Assembly (NCBI GenBank): GCA_965153455.1
Contig: OZ234493.1
Span: 27,828,213-27,892,212, forward strand
Direction of reading: 5' to 3'
Origin: Sphagnum compactum
Lineage: Eukaryota
DNA: 64,000 bases
Of this stretch, positions 25,015 through 38,752 are shown piece by piece. The notes under the pieces were generated by a model. The model did no database searches and had not been told where the DNA came from. It saw nothing but the letters and a program-made list of their open reading frames with translations. A program made the translations under genes and the position numbers. The stretch's first letter is position 1. Every line of letters begins with the position of its first letter.

Positions 25015-25980
25015 GTTAGATATGTCGTCATTCAACTTGACTTGTTAAATCTTTAACCATTAGATCAAGTACCTTATGGTTAATAAGGTACTTGAACACT
25101 TATAAGTTAAAGATTTATAAGTTAAGTTATAAGTTAAGGTTAATTTAACTTAATAGTGTTAAATAGTGTTAACCAAATAGTATTAGATAACACTAATAAT
25201 GGAGTATTAAGGTTAACCAAATAGTGTTAGTATTAGATAACACTAATTAAACTAGTGGTTAGGGATTTAACAAGTCAAGTTGAGTGAAGACATGTTCAAA
25301 TATCTAACAAATCAAACTTTGAAGTCTAAAATGAATTTGAAATATCAATGATTAAAGTTTTAATATGAGTTTATTTTGGATATTAGAATGAAATAGGTAC
25401 TTGAATTTTAATATGAATGCATTTTGCATATTAGAATGAATAGCCTATTACTAAAGTTGCATTTCCAAATGGATGTCAAAAATTGATCTACATATAAAAT
25501 GTCAAAAACTTGACTACCAAATTAATTGTCAGAAATCTGACCAGCAAATCAAATGTAAAAATTTTAACCAACAAAGATCATTTGCATGATACATTTCAAA
25601 TGATGTTTATATTTGTTTTAAAAATAAATATATGAATCATATTTGAAATTCTTAAGGTGATGGAAGATAAACTTGACACTTTCAACTTAAAGTACTTGAA
25701 TTTATAAGTGTTTAAGTAACTTAACTTAAAACTATGGTATTAGAATTAAATAGTGGTTAACACTATTAAGGTCAACACTGTTAAGGTTAACCATAGTATC
25801 TGATACTATGGTACTATAATTAAATAGTGGTTAACACTTTCAAATTAAGGTACTTAAAGTTAGTAATTAAGTTCATTAAAATTCAAGTACCTATTTCATT
25901 CTAATATCCAAAATACACTCATATTAAAATTTTAATCATTGATATTTTAGTTCCTTTCATATTTCAAATTTTGATTTGGT
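25015..25980. repeat. Adjacent inverted repeats (foldback/MITE-like)
   Basis: ~25020-25060 is inverse to ~25255-25295, and ~25310-25410 is inverse to ~25878-25980 (e.g. GGATATTAGAATGAAATAGGTACTTGAATTTTA vs TAAAATTCAAGTACCTATTTCATTCTAATATCC). Confidence 0.75.
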
Positions 25981-26177
25981 ATATATATATATATATATTG
26001 AATTCACAAAATTAAACAAAAAAAATTATCAATTAAAAAAACCAAAACAACCAAAAAAACCAAATGGCATTAAATGCAAAAATGGATGATGTTTTATGTT
26101 CATATCAATTGACATGTGTCAATAATTATGTGTATAAGCAATACTACCAAAGTGAGGTGTAATTTATTAGCTTAAAT

Positions 26178-28704
26178 CACTATGGGACATTAAAAGTGAA
26201 ATAACTTCATTGCATTTTACTGATTTCACCTAGTGAAAGTTATTTCATTATAATATCACTATGTAGACATCATGTTTCATTTCTAGTTAACATAATTCAC
26301 TATTACAATTTACTATAGCAAATAGGTTTATTTTCATGTTTTTAAAAATATTTTATCTATGTTACTTTATGATATACCTTATATTATTTTAAGTTATTTT
26401 AGTTATTCTAATTTATATTTTATGTTATTATACGCTATTATAAATGATTTTACCATAAATTATTATATGTTATTTTACCTTAAAATATCTCTTATTTAAG
26501 CTTTTAAATTATTTAAAATTAAATTATTCAACTAATTTTAGGCTATACCTTAGGTTATTTTATTTAAAATTAATATATGTTATTTCAAGTTATACTTTAA
26601 TTTATTCAAGGTCATTCTACCTAATGTTATTATAAATTATTTTATCCTAAGCATAATAACTTTAAAATAATCTTAAAACAAAATATAATGACCTAAGGTA
26701 AAAAAATAACTTAGAATATAAAATAATAACCTATGAAAAATAATTTTAAATACCATACAATATAATAACTACCAATAGCCTATGATATTATAACATAGAA
26801 TATCAAACAATAGTTTATAATACAATATTTACCAATAGTTGTAATATAACATATAATAACCAACAATAACTATTACCATTAATAACCATTAATAAAATAG
26901 CTATCAATAACCACCAATAAAATAACCACCAATGGCTTACAACGGAATAATCACTAATAGCCATTAATAGAATAACCACCAACAACCATTAATAGAATAA
27001 CCACCAATAGCCATTAATACATTAATCATGAATAGCCACCAATAACCATTAATATATTAATCATGAATAGCCATTAATAGAATAGCCACCAATAACCATT
27101 AATAGATTAATCACGAATAATCATTAATAGAATAACCACTAATAGCCATTAATACATTAATCACGAATAGCCATTAATAAAATAGCCACTAGTAGCCATT
27201 AATAGAATAGCAACCAGTAGCCAATAATATAATAGCCACTAGTAACCATTCATATAATAGCCACCAATAGAATAGCTACTAATGGCCATTAATAGAATAA
27301 TCACAAATAACTATTAATAGAATAATCACTAAAATACATTAATAGCCACAAATAGAATAGGTACCAATAGCCATTAATAACCATCAATAACACTAATAAA
27401 AGAATAACCAATAGCCATATATTATAATTGTTTAGGATTGCCAAAAATAATTCTAAGGTGAAATAATTTATAATAAACGAAAATAACTTAAAGTGAAATA
27501 ATTTCAATAGCCAAAAGTAACTTATAATAGTTACGAGTAGTCTAAATTGAAATTATTTACAATAGTCAAAGATAACATAGAATAGACAAAAAAACTTACA
27601 ATAGCTCAAAATAGCCTAAGGTGAAATAAGTTAAAATAAAAATAATAATTTATAATAATTGCAAGTAGTCTAAATTGAAATAATCTACAATAGCCAAAAA
27701 TAACATATAATAACAAAAAAATTTACAATAACTGAAAATAGCCTAAGCTGAAATAAGTTAAAATAAGTTAAAATAAGTTAAAATAACCAAAAATAGCCTA
27801 GGGTGAAATAACCAAAAATAACCAAAAGTAATTTAAAATATCCATAAATAGCCGTAAATAATGTAGGGTGAAATAATTTAAATTAATGAAAAATAGTCAT
27901 ATAATAATTGAAAGTAGTTTAACATAGGTAGTATTATTATATTAAAAAAAATTCCATTTACTAAAATTTTTTTTCAAAAAAATGGTCATTGAAATGTTAT
28001 TGAATAATGATATTCAACTTTTTTTTTTGTTCAAATGATTTTAAACTTTCAAAAAGAAATAAATGTAATTATGTACATTATTGAATATTTTTAAAAAGTA
28101 AATTCAAATCATTTCATTTGAACAAAATCTCAATAAGATATGAATTTTCAAAGTTTATGTTTTTTTAATGTTTAAAATGAAGTATTTGATAAATAGAATG
28201 TAATGTAACATGTCATCACAACAAGTGGGGTGGTTTGATGGTAAAGGTGTTTGCCCCCATTCCAAAGGTCAAGGGATCAAACCTCATGGGTGGTGTTGTG
28301 TGTGGTCTACAATGGTATGTTGACCGAATATTCTCTTATTGAATTCTTAGGTTCGGTGCCTAGGTTGAATACGTGGCCTACCAACTTAGGCTAAGTTTTT
28401 AACCTAGCATAGGTAGTGACACGTGTCAATAAATAATAGGCTTTAAAAATCATGAAATTATCAATAGTATTATATATTAAATAATTAAAATTTGATTAAT
28501 TTCCATAATGGTTAGTTAATTAACTAGCAAATGAATGGTTTGGTAAATTTGTATTTCACTTGAGAATAACCTTGTTTCATTAAGTACTACTGAAATAAGT
28601 CATTGTCCGTAGCAACTAGTCCCCTTTCACTTAGTAAAATTGTCCAAATTCACTCAAAAATCTAGTGAAACCCATAGTGAACTAGGACACATTTCTTAAT
28701 AGTG
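26178..28704. mobile_element. Possible non-autonomous CACTA-like element containing a minisatellite
   Basis: CACTATGGG at 26178 and its inverse CCCATAGTG ending at 28679, with a second TAGTG ending at 28704. Internal 10-11 bp AATAGCCAC/AATAACCAT array at ~26840-27420. TSD is imperfect. Confidence 0.4.
26840..27420. repeat. Degenerate 10-11 bp minisatellite
   Basis: Repeated AATAGCCACC / AATAACCATT / AATAGAATAA units. Confidence 0.9.
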
Positions 28705-30400
28705 AAGGTTGGTTACTGTTTATTTGATTTTATATCATACATGTTACAAAATTCAAAGACCTTTAATTCTTTGCGAATTAATTCAAATAACTATTTTAAA
28801 CATTGTTTACTTATTCAAACACCTCTTGCTATATGTTGTAGATGAATATAATTAAATTTAGAATTTTTACATGATTTACATAATGGGATAGTTTCAACTA
28901 AAGAAACATATTTTAACAAAATGTCACAAAATGCAGTTCATGGTGGCCTTTGGGGAAATTTTACAATAATTTTTTGGATATCCCAATATTTACAAAGACC
29001 GATATATATGTGGTGCAAAACAAATGCTTGGATCTTGATGACATGTGGAGAAGAATACAATCTAACATTGGTAATGCATTTAATTTTTGACAATCAACAT
29101 TTTGAACTAATTCAAAAAATTACTTTTTCTCATTTGCAAAATGAATTTTTAGAAACAAAAAGCATAATAGGTTTCAAAGAAAACCTTTCAATTCAACAGA
29201 AAAAATTACCATATTTTATGATTGAACCATGGTAAAAAAAATAAAAATATAATGACCAAATTTCACCAAACTTTTGTATATTATCTAAAACAAAAAGACA
29301 ATTAAACCAAGTCCTTCTTGTGAAATTTTCCTGAAAAACAAATAAAAATGCTCCAATAAAAGCAAATTTGTTTGTATAGAAGATTTGAATCGCATTTTGA
29401 TCAATATAAAAGATAATAACTCATTGTCAACTATTCAAAAAACCACTCTTGCATTTTAAGCAAAACATCCAATAATAAATTTAACACCTCAACAAATAAA
29501 TCAACACTTAATTCAGTTTTTTTAGAAAACCAAACTCTTTTCAAACATCTAAAACCAAAACCTTTGACTTATTAAAGATGAATATTTACTTGAACTTAAT
29601 ACAAAATTTTATAATTTCACTTTAGCAAATATTGCGCAATTATTTTGTGAATGATATAATACAAATTTGAATTCAATTCAAATACAACAACATTTAATAT
29701 TTTCCAAAAAAGAAAAAACAACCAAAACATAATATCAAAACTATTATCCCAGCAATTATAGAAAAAAACACAAACTCTAATTTAATAATACAGTCACAAA
29801 ACTTTCACACTTGTGATGCTAGTTATGAATCTAATGTAAAAAATAATAATTTACCAATAGAGACAATGGTTGAAAACATAAACAACTTAACAAATGAACA
29901 AGTTTATTCAAACGAATTGCATAATGATGAAAATATGATTTTTTTTTTTTTACAACATCAACAAATTATTCATAAAAATATTAAATCAATACAATTATCA
30001 AAAAAATCTTTCAAAGAACAACAAATTTCAAACATTAAAATTATCAGAGAAAAAACAAAGATTCAAATGGACAAATGCTATGCATACAACATTACATTTT
30101 ATGTTAATACATAGTGAGGATGATTCTTTTTGAAAAACAATAAAAAGTTTTCAACATTTACATTTTAACTTGAATCTTAATGAAAATAAATTATTGCAAC
30201 AATTCAAACATTTTTTAAAAATCTCAAATTGTGATAAATAAAGTCACAAAAACACTTTGCCATGCAATCACTAAGTATTTTAATGATATAAAAGATACAC
30301 CAAAATACGCATGTGTATGTTGTCAAAAATTATAGTTCAAATACCAATCCATGGAATTAACTCCAACATTTTTGAAATCATATAATCAATTATTCCTATC
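28705..30400 (+). mobile_element. Decayed Helitron-like coding remnant (OTU-like domain plus Cys motif)
   Basis: VGYCLFDFISY...YFNKMSQNAVHGGLWGNFTIIFWISQYLQRPIYMW...MHLIFDNQHFE matches the OTU Cys, WG and His boxes. TPKYACVCCQKL*F occurs near 30300. Several stops, AT-rich, no introns seen. Confidence 0.5.
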
Positions 30401-31276
30401 AACAAAACTCTACAACATGCACTAGTAGAAATTGGCCAAAATGTAACCACTTTATTTATGACTACATGCGACTATTAGTTATTTGCAACTACATTTGGAC
30501 ATTTTTGCAACTATTTTTTTTTGGGTCATATTTGCGACTACATTGCAATTAGTTTGCAACTATTTTGGTGTTCATCCTTTCATGTGAAAAACGTTTAGTT
30601 TGGTTTTCATCCAAGCAGAACAAATTATATCCCATTAGTTGCAAATGTCACCAAATTAGTTGCAACCCTATGAATATACAAAGGTGTATTTTGTGAATTC
30701 TAAGGAATATAATTGGGTGTACTAATATTTATAAATGTACAGATTGAATGTATATGAACAACCATATTCCATGTGTATTCAAATAATATTATTAACATAA
30801 ATAACCTTAATATAATGGTTACATTAATTGGTGTATATTTTAAGTATATTAAAATTTTATTTAAAATATTTACTAAATATATTGTGCCCATATTACAAGT
30901 TTATCCAAACCATCTTATTATACTTTTTCAAATTACTACAAATGATATTTATTAATATTAGTATTATATGTTTATATTAATTACATGTAATAAAAATATA
31001 AATTTCAATATTATCTTCCATTTGTTTTTTAAAAACAGTAATATTTTATTACATAATGATCATAATGATGATGATATTAGAATGATAGGAAAAATAATTA
31101 GATAATTATTAAAATAATTACTAAAAATATAATATCTATTATATTTTATTAAATTATTCAAATGACTAATGTATTTATTAAATTTTGATTTTTTATTCAT
31201 TAAGAAATTAAAAAAATCATAATAGATCTAACAAATGACATAATAATATATAATAAAAAATAATTAGCCTAGGCTA

Positions 31277-33138
31277 CCTACAAAGGGGGTGACTGTAGTC
31301 AGTTTGACAATTACAGGGGGATCATAGTAGGACCAGTCTAGCTAAGGTGTTTGCAATGATTCTTGAGTCCCGCATCAGTCAATGGGCGGAGACCAATGAT
31401 TTACGCGCAAAGGGACAGGCTGGTTTCAGAAAGTACTTTAAGACAACAGATAACTTGTTTATTCTTCGCACTTTGACCGAACAAGCCAGATTTCAGAAAA
31501 AGAAGCTATACACTTGTTTTGTGGACTTCAAAAAAACCTTTGATACAGTACCAAGGGACCTGTTGTGGCAGGTGCTAGAGGGACTTGGCATCAGTGGGCG
31601 GATATTGGAGTGCTTGCACTCCATGTACCGTCAAGACCAGGCTTGCCTGCACCATCCAAAGGAGGGGCTCACGCCCACTTTCTCTGCCGCATCGGAGTGA
31701 AGCAAGGATGCCCCCTCAGCCCGCTCTTGTTTGGCCTCTTCATAGATGGCCTAGAGAAACGGCTGAATGCTTTGGAGGGTGACGCACCACCAATGTTGGG
31801 ACAGTTAGCTGTTCGCTTGCTTTTGTATGCAGACGACTTAGCTCTCATGTCACACATTCCTGTTGGATTGCAGAAGCAACTGGATGTCTTGCAAGCTTTT
31901 TGCTGTGAGCGTCAGTTGACTATGAATGTGAAGAAAACCAAGGTTGTTGTGTTTGAAGCACGCAAGTTTGTGTGTCAGGCTTTTCAATATGAGGGTGAAA
32001 CTATAGAGCAACTAAACTTTTTCAAGTATCTAGGTGTTGAGCTACATGGCACAAAAGGTATGCAAGCTGCAATACAGCGGTTAGTAATGTCAGGGAAAAA
32101 GGCAATTTTTGCATTGCGGCACAGATGCGTAGAGCTGCGCATCTTTGATCTAGCATTACAATGTCAGCTGTTTGATGCACTAGTCAAACCAGTGTTTAGC
32201 TATGGGTGTGAAGTATGGTCAGACCACATGGCACGCGAATAGTTAGAGGTGGTTCATCAGGCTTTTCTGAAGTCGTCTTTGGGGGTCAGCACCACGACAT
32301 CTAGTTACATCGTGTTGGCAGAGTTTGGTAGGTTTCCCCTAAAAATATTTTGGTGGCAACAGACCATGCGCTTTCTCTCATGTGTCAATTCCCTGAGGTA
32401 GACTCAGATCGCATGCTCAGGCTAGCTTATGATGTACAGCTGCAGTTGCTTGCAGCCAGGCGAAAAGTTTTACTCGGGAATCAGAGTGCTGTGGGTAGAA
32501 AAAGCCGATTGCTTGCTTGCTGGCTAGCACAAGTAGATGAACGACTGTCGACGTACAATTTGTGCATCGATAGCGATCAGCTACCACCATGTGCTCGCCT
32601 CAAGCAGTTGGCTGAAAGGCAATACATTGTACACCATCAAGTGGCTGCAGCTGACTCCAGCAAAGTGAGAGCCTATCTGGGGTTGAATAGCTAAGCATAG
32701 TATGGGTACAAAATAATACCTCTCTAGGGTAAACAATGCACAGCTTCGGAGAAGCTTGGCATGTTTTCGTTGTGCGAATCACAAGCTGCAGATTGAGCTA
32801 GGAAGGCAAGTCAAGCCAGCGAAGGTGCCGGTGCAGTAGCGTTACTGCAAATTGTGCAACTTGGGTGCGGTTGAGGATGAGGACCACTTTTTGTTGGTTT
32901 GCCCTGCCTATCAAAGTGTTCGAGAGAGGTTTAGAGGTTCATTGCCACTAACTGCCATCACACCTTTGGCTGAATTGATGAGCTGTCAGCAGCAAGGCAT
33001 CCTTGCTAGATTCTTAGTGCAATGTCAGACGGTTAGATCTGAATTGCTTCATCAGACTTAACGTCAATTGGGCTTTCTGGCCCGGGCGCTGTTTGGCCCA
33101 CTTAATGACGCTAAATTGTAAGTAAGTAAGTAAGTAAG
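31277..33138 (+). mobile_element. 5'-truncated, degenerate non-LTR retrotransposon (RTE/RTEX-like LINE)
   Basis: RT motifs NYRGI, QAGFR, CFVDFKKTFD, GVKQGCPLSPLLF, LLYADD, FKYLG. Post-RT LVKPVFSYGCEVW. C-terminal IELGR...RYCKLCNLGAVEDEDHFLLVCP (CCHC). 3' tail (TAAG)5 at ~33119-33138. Frameshifts and stops are present (e.g. ~31680, 32240). Confidence 0.92.
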
Positions 33139-34362
33139 ACCCAAAAAATGGCCCAAAAAAATGTTTGATTTGAAATCAGAGATCCTGATTGAGTCTAAGC
33201 ATGGGATAGTTCTAATATTTAGAAAGAATGTAAATGGATTTTAGGATTTTACCATGGTACCAAGGGGAGTGCTGCTTCACCCAAGGCAGTGGGGGCAAAT
33301 ACATTTTTGCAATTTAGAGCAAGAGAGAGTGATAGGAAGCCTCCCACCTTAAAGGAATAGGCATAATATCGCTCCTCTTTTCCAGGAGGGATATTCTCAT
33401 ATATTTAAGTTAACTCTCCACATAGAATACCAATGTTTTGGGGAGTCTGCAACTTGCACATAATTGCACTGACAAAGCACCTACCCAATGCACTATCAAG
33501 CCTTCAAGGATACCCTCTTGCAGGGTTGTATGGCAAGGCACAAGGTATATGACAAACAGGAGCGATTTTGAAAGCAGTCAATTTAGATTACTTATGGTTA
33601 TTTAAGAACTAGGTGGGTTGGGTTGATATTTAACAATTCCCTAGATTCGAACCCATGACCGGTTTTGAGGCAGTTACTGGCCATAAGAGCCAGCCCTCTA
33701 TCAATATTTAGCGCATACAGTCTGCAGTGTTTTGTTTTGTTTAGTTTCTCCCTCATCTCCACCCATGAACCTGAAAAGATGGACTACAAAGTAAGATACT
33801 ATTTAAGTCTCACCACCTAGGCCAATCATTGTAGTTCGCGAATGAGAAACAGTTATTTATTGCTTAGAAACAGTCGTTTCCTGCTACTGGTGATCTAAGA
33901 GGTGCACATAGCCAGGCCCCAACCAGTTTCACAGTGTTTTTCTGCAAATATTCATACAAAAATTACTGTATAGGGCATTTTACTCTGACCACTAAGCTAT
34001 TCACAGTTCACCGTCACAGGCTTTCTTACTCCCTTCTTCCGCCGAGAATTCCTCGCGTTGCTTAGGAACTGTGCCCTTCCCGCCCATGTTTTTCCGGTTG
34101 CGTAGATCTCAGGACATATCTTCCCGAGTTGAGCATTTTTTTTCTCGGTTTCGAAGTTTGAAGTATCTCTTTATCTTTCGGATCTGTTTTTTTTTTTTTT
34201 TTTTTTGGGGGCTTACGTGTTTACGTACATGCAGTGCAACCAGGCAGTGGTTGTTGATTCTAAGCTGATTTTCTTTCAGAATTTCTTGCCGGACCTGATA
34301 AACTCACCCAGAAGCAGCAGTACCTCCTCTTTCTCTTTTTGAAAAAAAAAAAGTTGCAAAGT

Positions 34363-34369
<7 letters not shown>

Positions 34370-34401
<32 letters not shown>
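34370..34401 (+). repeat. (GA)n microsatellite in the 5' leader of the OTU gene
   Basis: Pure GA run about 35 nt upstream of the ATG at 34437. Confidence 0.95.
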
Positions 34402-34404
<3 letters not shown>

Positions 34405-34436
34405 TAGTTTGGCGGTGGCGTTGACGAAAAGGGATC

Positions 34437-37400
34437 ATGGCGCAGAAGAAAAAGATTAAGATGAATAATAGACCTCGCCAGAAGGTATTTCGGCTTTGCA
34501 AACTTTTTTTTTACCGTTTTCTCTCTCTGTGTGTATTCTTGTTACAATAAAATTGAGAATTGCGTGTGCAAATTGTGAGTCTGGGACACCATTTTTTGTT
34601 CAGTTTTGTTATTGCAAGCTACAGCGGATGATGAAGTGAGTGTTCTGAAATTCCAGCAAAAAAAAGTGTATGCATGTCCACATTAGAGGATATTTTTTTT
34701 CAGTTTCTCTTTTCCCCTCTTCTTATGGCAGCAAACTGATTGCTATCTTGAATGCTAACAGGAAAAGAAGGTCGTGGATATAGCCAATTTGAATGAGCAG
34801 TTGGATTTATTAGGTCTCAAAGTACGCTCTGTTACTGCAGATGGCAACTGTTTTTTCAGGTGAGTCTTCTCTATCCATCATCGAACCCTAGTTGGCCCTA
34901 GTTGTTGTTTTTAGGGTTTTGCATACCTTAGAGCCATCATCATGAAAAGTAAAGAAACAAACAGAATTGTTGGAAGAAGAAATAAGCCAGATTGCTGACT
35001 TCATTGCACTAAAGAATATACCTAAGCAGGTCAATTCTCTACAAAGTCAAGCCTTACGTCAGACACATAGTTTTTTTTTTTTTTTTTTTTCCTAGGTTTG
35101 TGTTTCTGGACAGGATTCTTATCCATGAAACAGAAGGTAAAAAAAGCCCTGCCTTGTCTTATATAGAGCAATGAAATCATCGAGAGAGCGATCGAAGAGT
35201 GCAGTGTTTGATGAGCCCATGGGTGTGAGTGCCACTGAGCAGAGCTATTGCAGATCAGCTAGACGGACAAGAGGAGCAGCATGCCACATATCGGCAATCA
35301 GTTGTTGATTATGTCCAGGTATATATTATTGCATACCTGGTTGGTTGATTTAATTTCTGCAACGCTCTTGTAGCAGGCAGGCAGTCAATGAAGTTGCTGT
35401 AACCCTGTGACTAAAAGTGATAATGTACAAAGGGAACAGTGTGTTCCAGAGACCCATTTGACTCCATTGTCCAATTATCTTATGGATTCACCATATGCAG
35501 GAGCATCGAGAGGAATTTGAGCCTTTTGTAGAGGATGAGGTGCCCTTTGAGGAGTATTGCAGTACCATGCGTGAGGATGGTACATGGGCAGGCAACATGG
35601 AGCTTCAAGCAACATCTCTAGTAACAGGTTGCAACATTTGTATACATCAGGTACAAAGCCATGCTCTTTGCTTTGCAGCAGAAGGTTTTGTGGAAGACAA
35701 CTAGTGGATGCTTGGAGTTGTTGTAGCTACTTATTGGAACTTCTGCATGAAAATACCTGCAGCTCAAGACCCCCAGGTGGCACATTCGAAACTTCGAAAG
35801 TGCTGATGCTTGTACACTGCATCTGTGAGTTCTAATGCACTTGGATCTGTGAATTGGTTTTTTCAGAGAGTTGTTAAAAAGGATTGATATGTATGGCACA
35901 TAGTGAAGAACCACATGTTCAAAACTGTCTCATTTCATTGGTTAGCGATAGCAGTCAATTCTGGATGGAAACTCATATAATTTGAGACACAGAGATAGTC
36001 TTAAGAAGCTGTTAAGAAGATCTTGGACATAGCTGCATACATTGCCTTGACAGTGTTCATGAATTTTGAGATGGGTTTATGTAGACTTATGAGAGATGTG
36101 GTTGGAATGCAGATCCTATCATGATGGAGAGCACTACAATAGTGTTCGCAGACTTGATGATGATGGAGGAGGTCGCGCAAAACCCATCACCATTGAGGTA
36201 AGGAGTTTGTATTGATTTAATTTTGAAACATTTTCAGAAGCTGGAACTTGAGAGGTGAAACCCTGCTCAGTTTGGAGGATGCTTGTCAAAGATTATGTGC
36301 ATCTTGGCAGGAGCTTACTAGACCATCTTTCTCAAGGAGTCATATATGTACTTGTTGTGTCCTTGATTGAAGGTGGATGCCAGGCCTTCCACTAAGCCAC
36401 CACCAGCCAAGGACAAGATGAACCACGGACATCAGATTGTAAAGATTGTGATGGATGGCACTGGTTGCAAAAGTATGGACAGAGTGCAGGAAGTGAGTCT
36501 CTTGTTTCCTGGTCAGTAGTCATTTGCGGGGATCTTTCTTGGAGTAGGAAAGAAGCAATCTGCACTGGAATTTTGCACTAGTAGCATTGTAATGGAAGAC
36601 TGTTTGGCCTGTGCTATGGAAGTTTGAAGGAGCTGTTTGTGGGGTAGAACCACAAGATGTGGAAGATGGGGATAAGACAAAATTCAATAGGACCATTGTG
36701 GACAGTGGAGGCTGGTTTCAATACTGGCATTGACATTACTGATGGGAGCTGTCACATCCTTTCATGGTAGCATTGATGTGGTTGGGACTATTGTCTTCAC
36801 GTCCAGTTCAAGAAGTGGAATATGTAATATAATCAGGGGCCTGGAGGTGTTTACTTCACTGCATCAAAACTGGATGTTGACATTGCCAAAATGTTCCTAG
36901 GAGGAGTGAATGGGTACTTCAGACAGTGGTGTGGAGACTTGGCAAGATGGGTTCTGATTGGGTATTATTGCTGTGGGGAGAGAATATGGACAGGTTTTGC
37001 ATGATGTTCATGGTGACACAGATGCAGCAATAGAGTTTCTGATAGCAGAGCAAGCCAGTGGCGGTGATGTTAGTCCTGCTTGCTCATGTGAGAGGATTCC
37101 CCACTCTCCAGAGGGCAGCGGTATTATTTTCCCCCCTTCCTGCAAGGTTCAGTTGTTGCCAACTCACCACAATTTACAACATGAGATTGAGCAAAATGTA
37201 GACCACTTAAGTCCAAAGTCAGTGCTGAGCTTATCTTTACTATACACAATTTACATTGCGATTGAGCATTCCTTGTTTTGGACATCATGCTACTTAAGGA
37301 TTATAAGAGATGGTCTGGTCATTGGGAACAGGTGAAACTCACCACAACAGGTCATGTAAAATACACTGCGATGATCCTGAGCCATCAGCATCACAAGATT

Positions 37401-38143
37401 CCTGCCTTGTCACTAAAACTGAAGAAAGCTCTGCCTCTCATGCAGCTGGTCAGACCAACAGTACCACCCTGCCACTTCAGGTATGCTGCTTCTTGTCTTT
37501 GACATCATATTGTGGGGTGGAAACTTGGAAATTGCATGCACACTTATGCTTACAAACTTACTCATTTCTTTTGATAATATGTAGAGTGAAATGTTTTGGT
37601 GTTTATTATGGAGCAGGGAGCGGCTAGGAATAAGGCATGCCCGTGTGGCTCTAAACGTAAGTACAAGTCTTGTTGTGGTACTCAACATCCAAAGCCTACC
37701 ATCACTTCCATATCAAGGTTTGCCTCTCACCCTCATGAGTTATTTCTGTAAGATGCATGAGTGACTTGAGTTATGCTGACAGGCAATGATTCTCTTTAGT
37801 GAGCCCTCAAGGTTGCAAGCTGCATAATATACCACTATCTTGTTTGAAACAGTGTTTTCTGATCTGGGAATCAGTAAAATCTGGTCCTGTAAAACCCAAG
37901 TGTCTTTTTGCCTTTCAGTTTTGAGTGGAAACAGGCTATGAAAACTTGTGGAAAATCTTAGTCAGAAATTTTTGTTTTTACCAAGGTGCATTTACACAGC
38001 TGTGCTTGTGTTTATACAGGTCAGATGAAGTCCAGTCAAACAGGCTCAGGAAGCAGAGGTTGAAGCTGGCAAAAGATCACACCAGTGAGCCTGTTCACAG
38101 TGATGTTCCTCGGACTGTAGATATGGGAGCTCTTTGCATTTGA
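34437..38143 (+). CDS. OTU7: OTU-domain deubiquitinase with UBA-like region and SEC-C motif (OTU7/OTUD3-like), ~379 aa
   Basis: Exons 34437-34484, 34762-34859, 35243-35318, 35501-35650, 35763-35824, 36113-36197, 36373-36492, 36994-37120, 37332-37480, 37617-37717, 38020-38143 (1140 nt, phases consistent). Motifs: VTADGNCFFRAIADQL, DGTWAGNMELQA, LHLSYHDGEHYNSVR, GDTDAAIEFLIAEQ, RNKACPCGSKRKYKSCC, C-terminal DMGALCI. Confidence 0.93.
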
Positions 38144-38634
38144 GCTCGGACATCTCTTTGATGAATATCAAGTCAGGGTCTTGCAAAGAACTTCACAAGG
38201 AGTTGTCATGGCAAGTTTTGGCCTACCCAAAGGGTGGGATTGAAAATTGTCACTTTCTTGGTAGGAGAGATTGAACTGGAGCAGAGGAGTCACATTTTAT
38301 GTTGATGGGTTTATTCACAACGAGAAATATTTTTTCTGTATATCATATTAAATTCATTGGGATTCATATATTAGCAGGCAACTTTGTGGATAGCAATTCT
38401 GTAGGCACCCAGTGACAATAATTATGCAATGTTGCTCAGCTTTCAATTATATTGCAGTCTATGCATCTTGTGCAATGCTGTTGAAACCCTCTACCTAACA
38501 AAATGATGAGGACTGAAAGACTATCCTGTTAAGCCTTCCAGGTTCTGAACCTTATTGGTGCACCTGACTAACATGGAGACTGTGCCTGTACAAGGACTTT
38601 GTGACTAGTAATGTGGCAGGGCTCACAAGGTATA

Positions 38635-38752
38635 TATACAAGCTTACATCTGAACAACAATGTGTTGGTGGGTCAGTTGCTGCTGGTGCTGGTGAGCTTG
38701 CTACTGACAATCTTGGTCCTTAATGACAACAACCTGGCTTCGGAGCTCCCGG
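38635..38752 (+). pseudogene. Degenerate plant-type LRR fragment (~2 repeats)
   Basis: TSLHLNNNVLVGQLLLVLVSLLLTILVLNDNNLASELP fits LxLxxNxLxG...LxLxxNxL(S/A)xxLP. No flanking gene structure was found. Confidence 0.4.

Noticed and set aside
38502-38548. C/D-box-like ATGATGA...CTGA
   Set aside because: Too short, no terminal stem and no recognisable rRNA guide.
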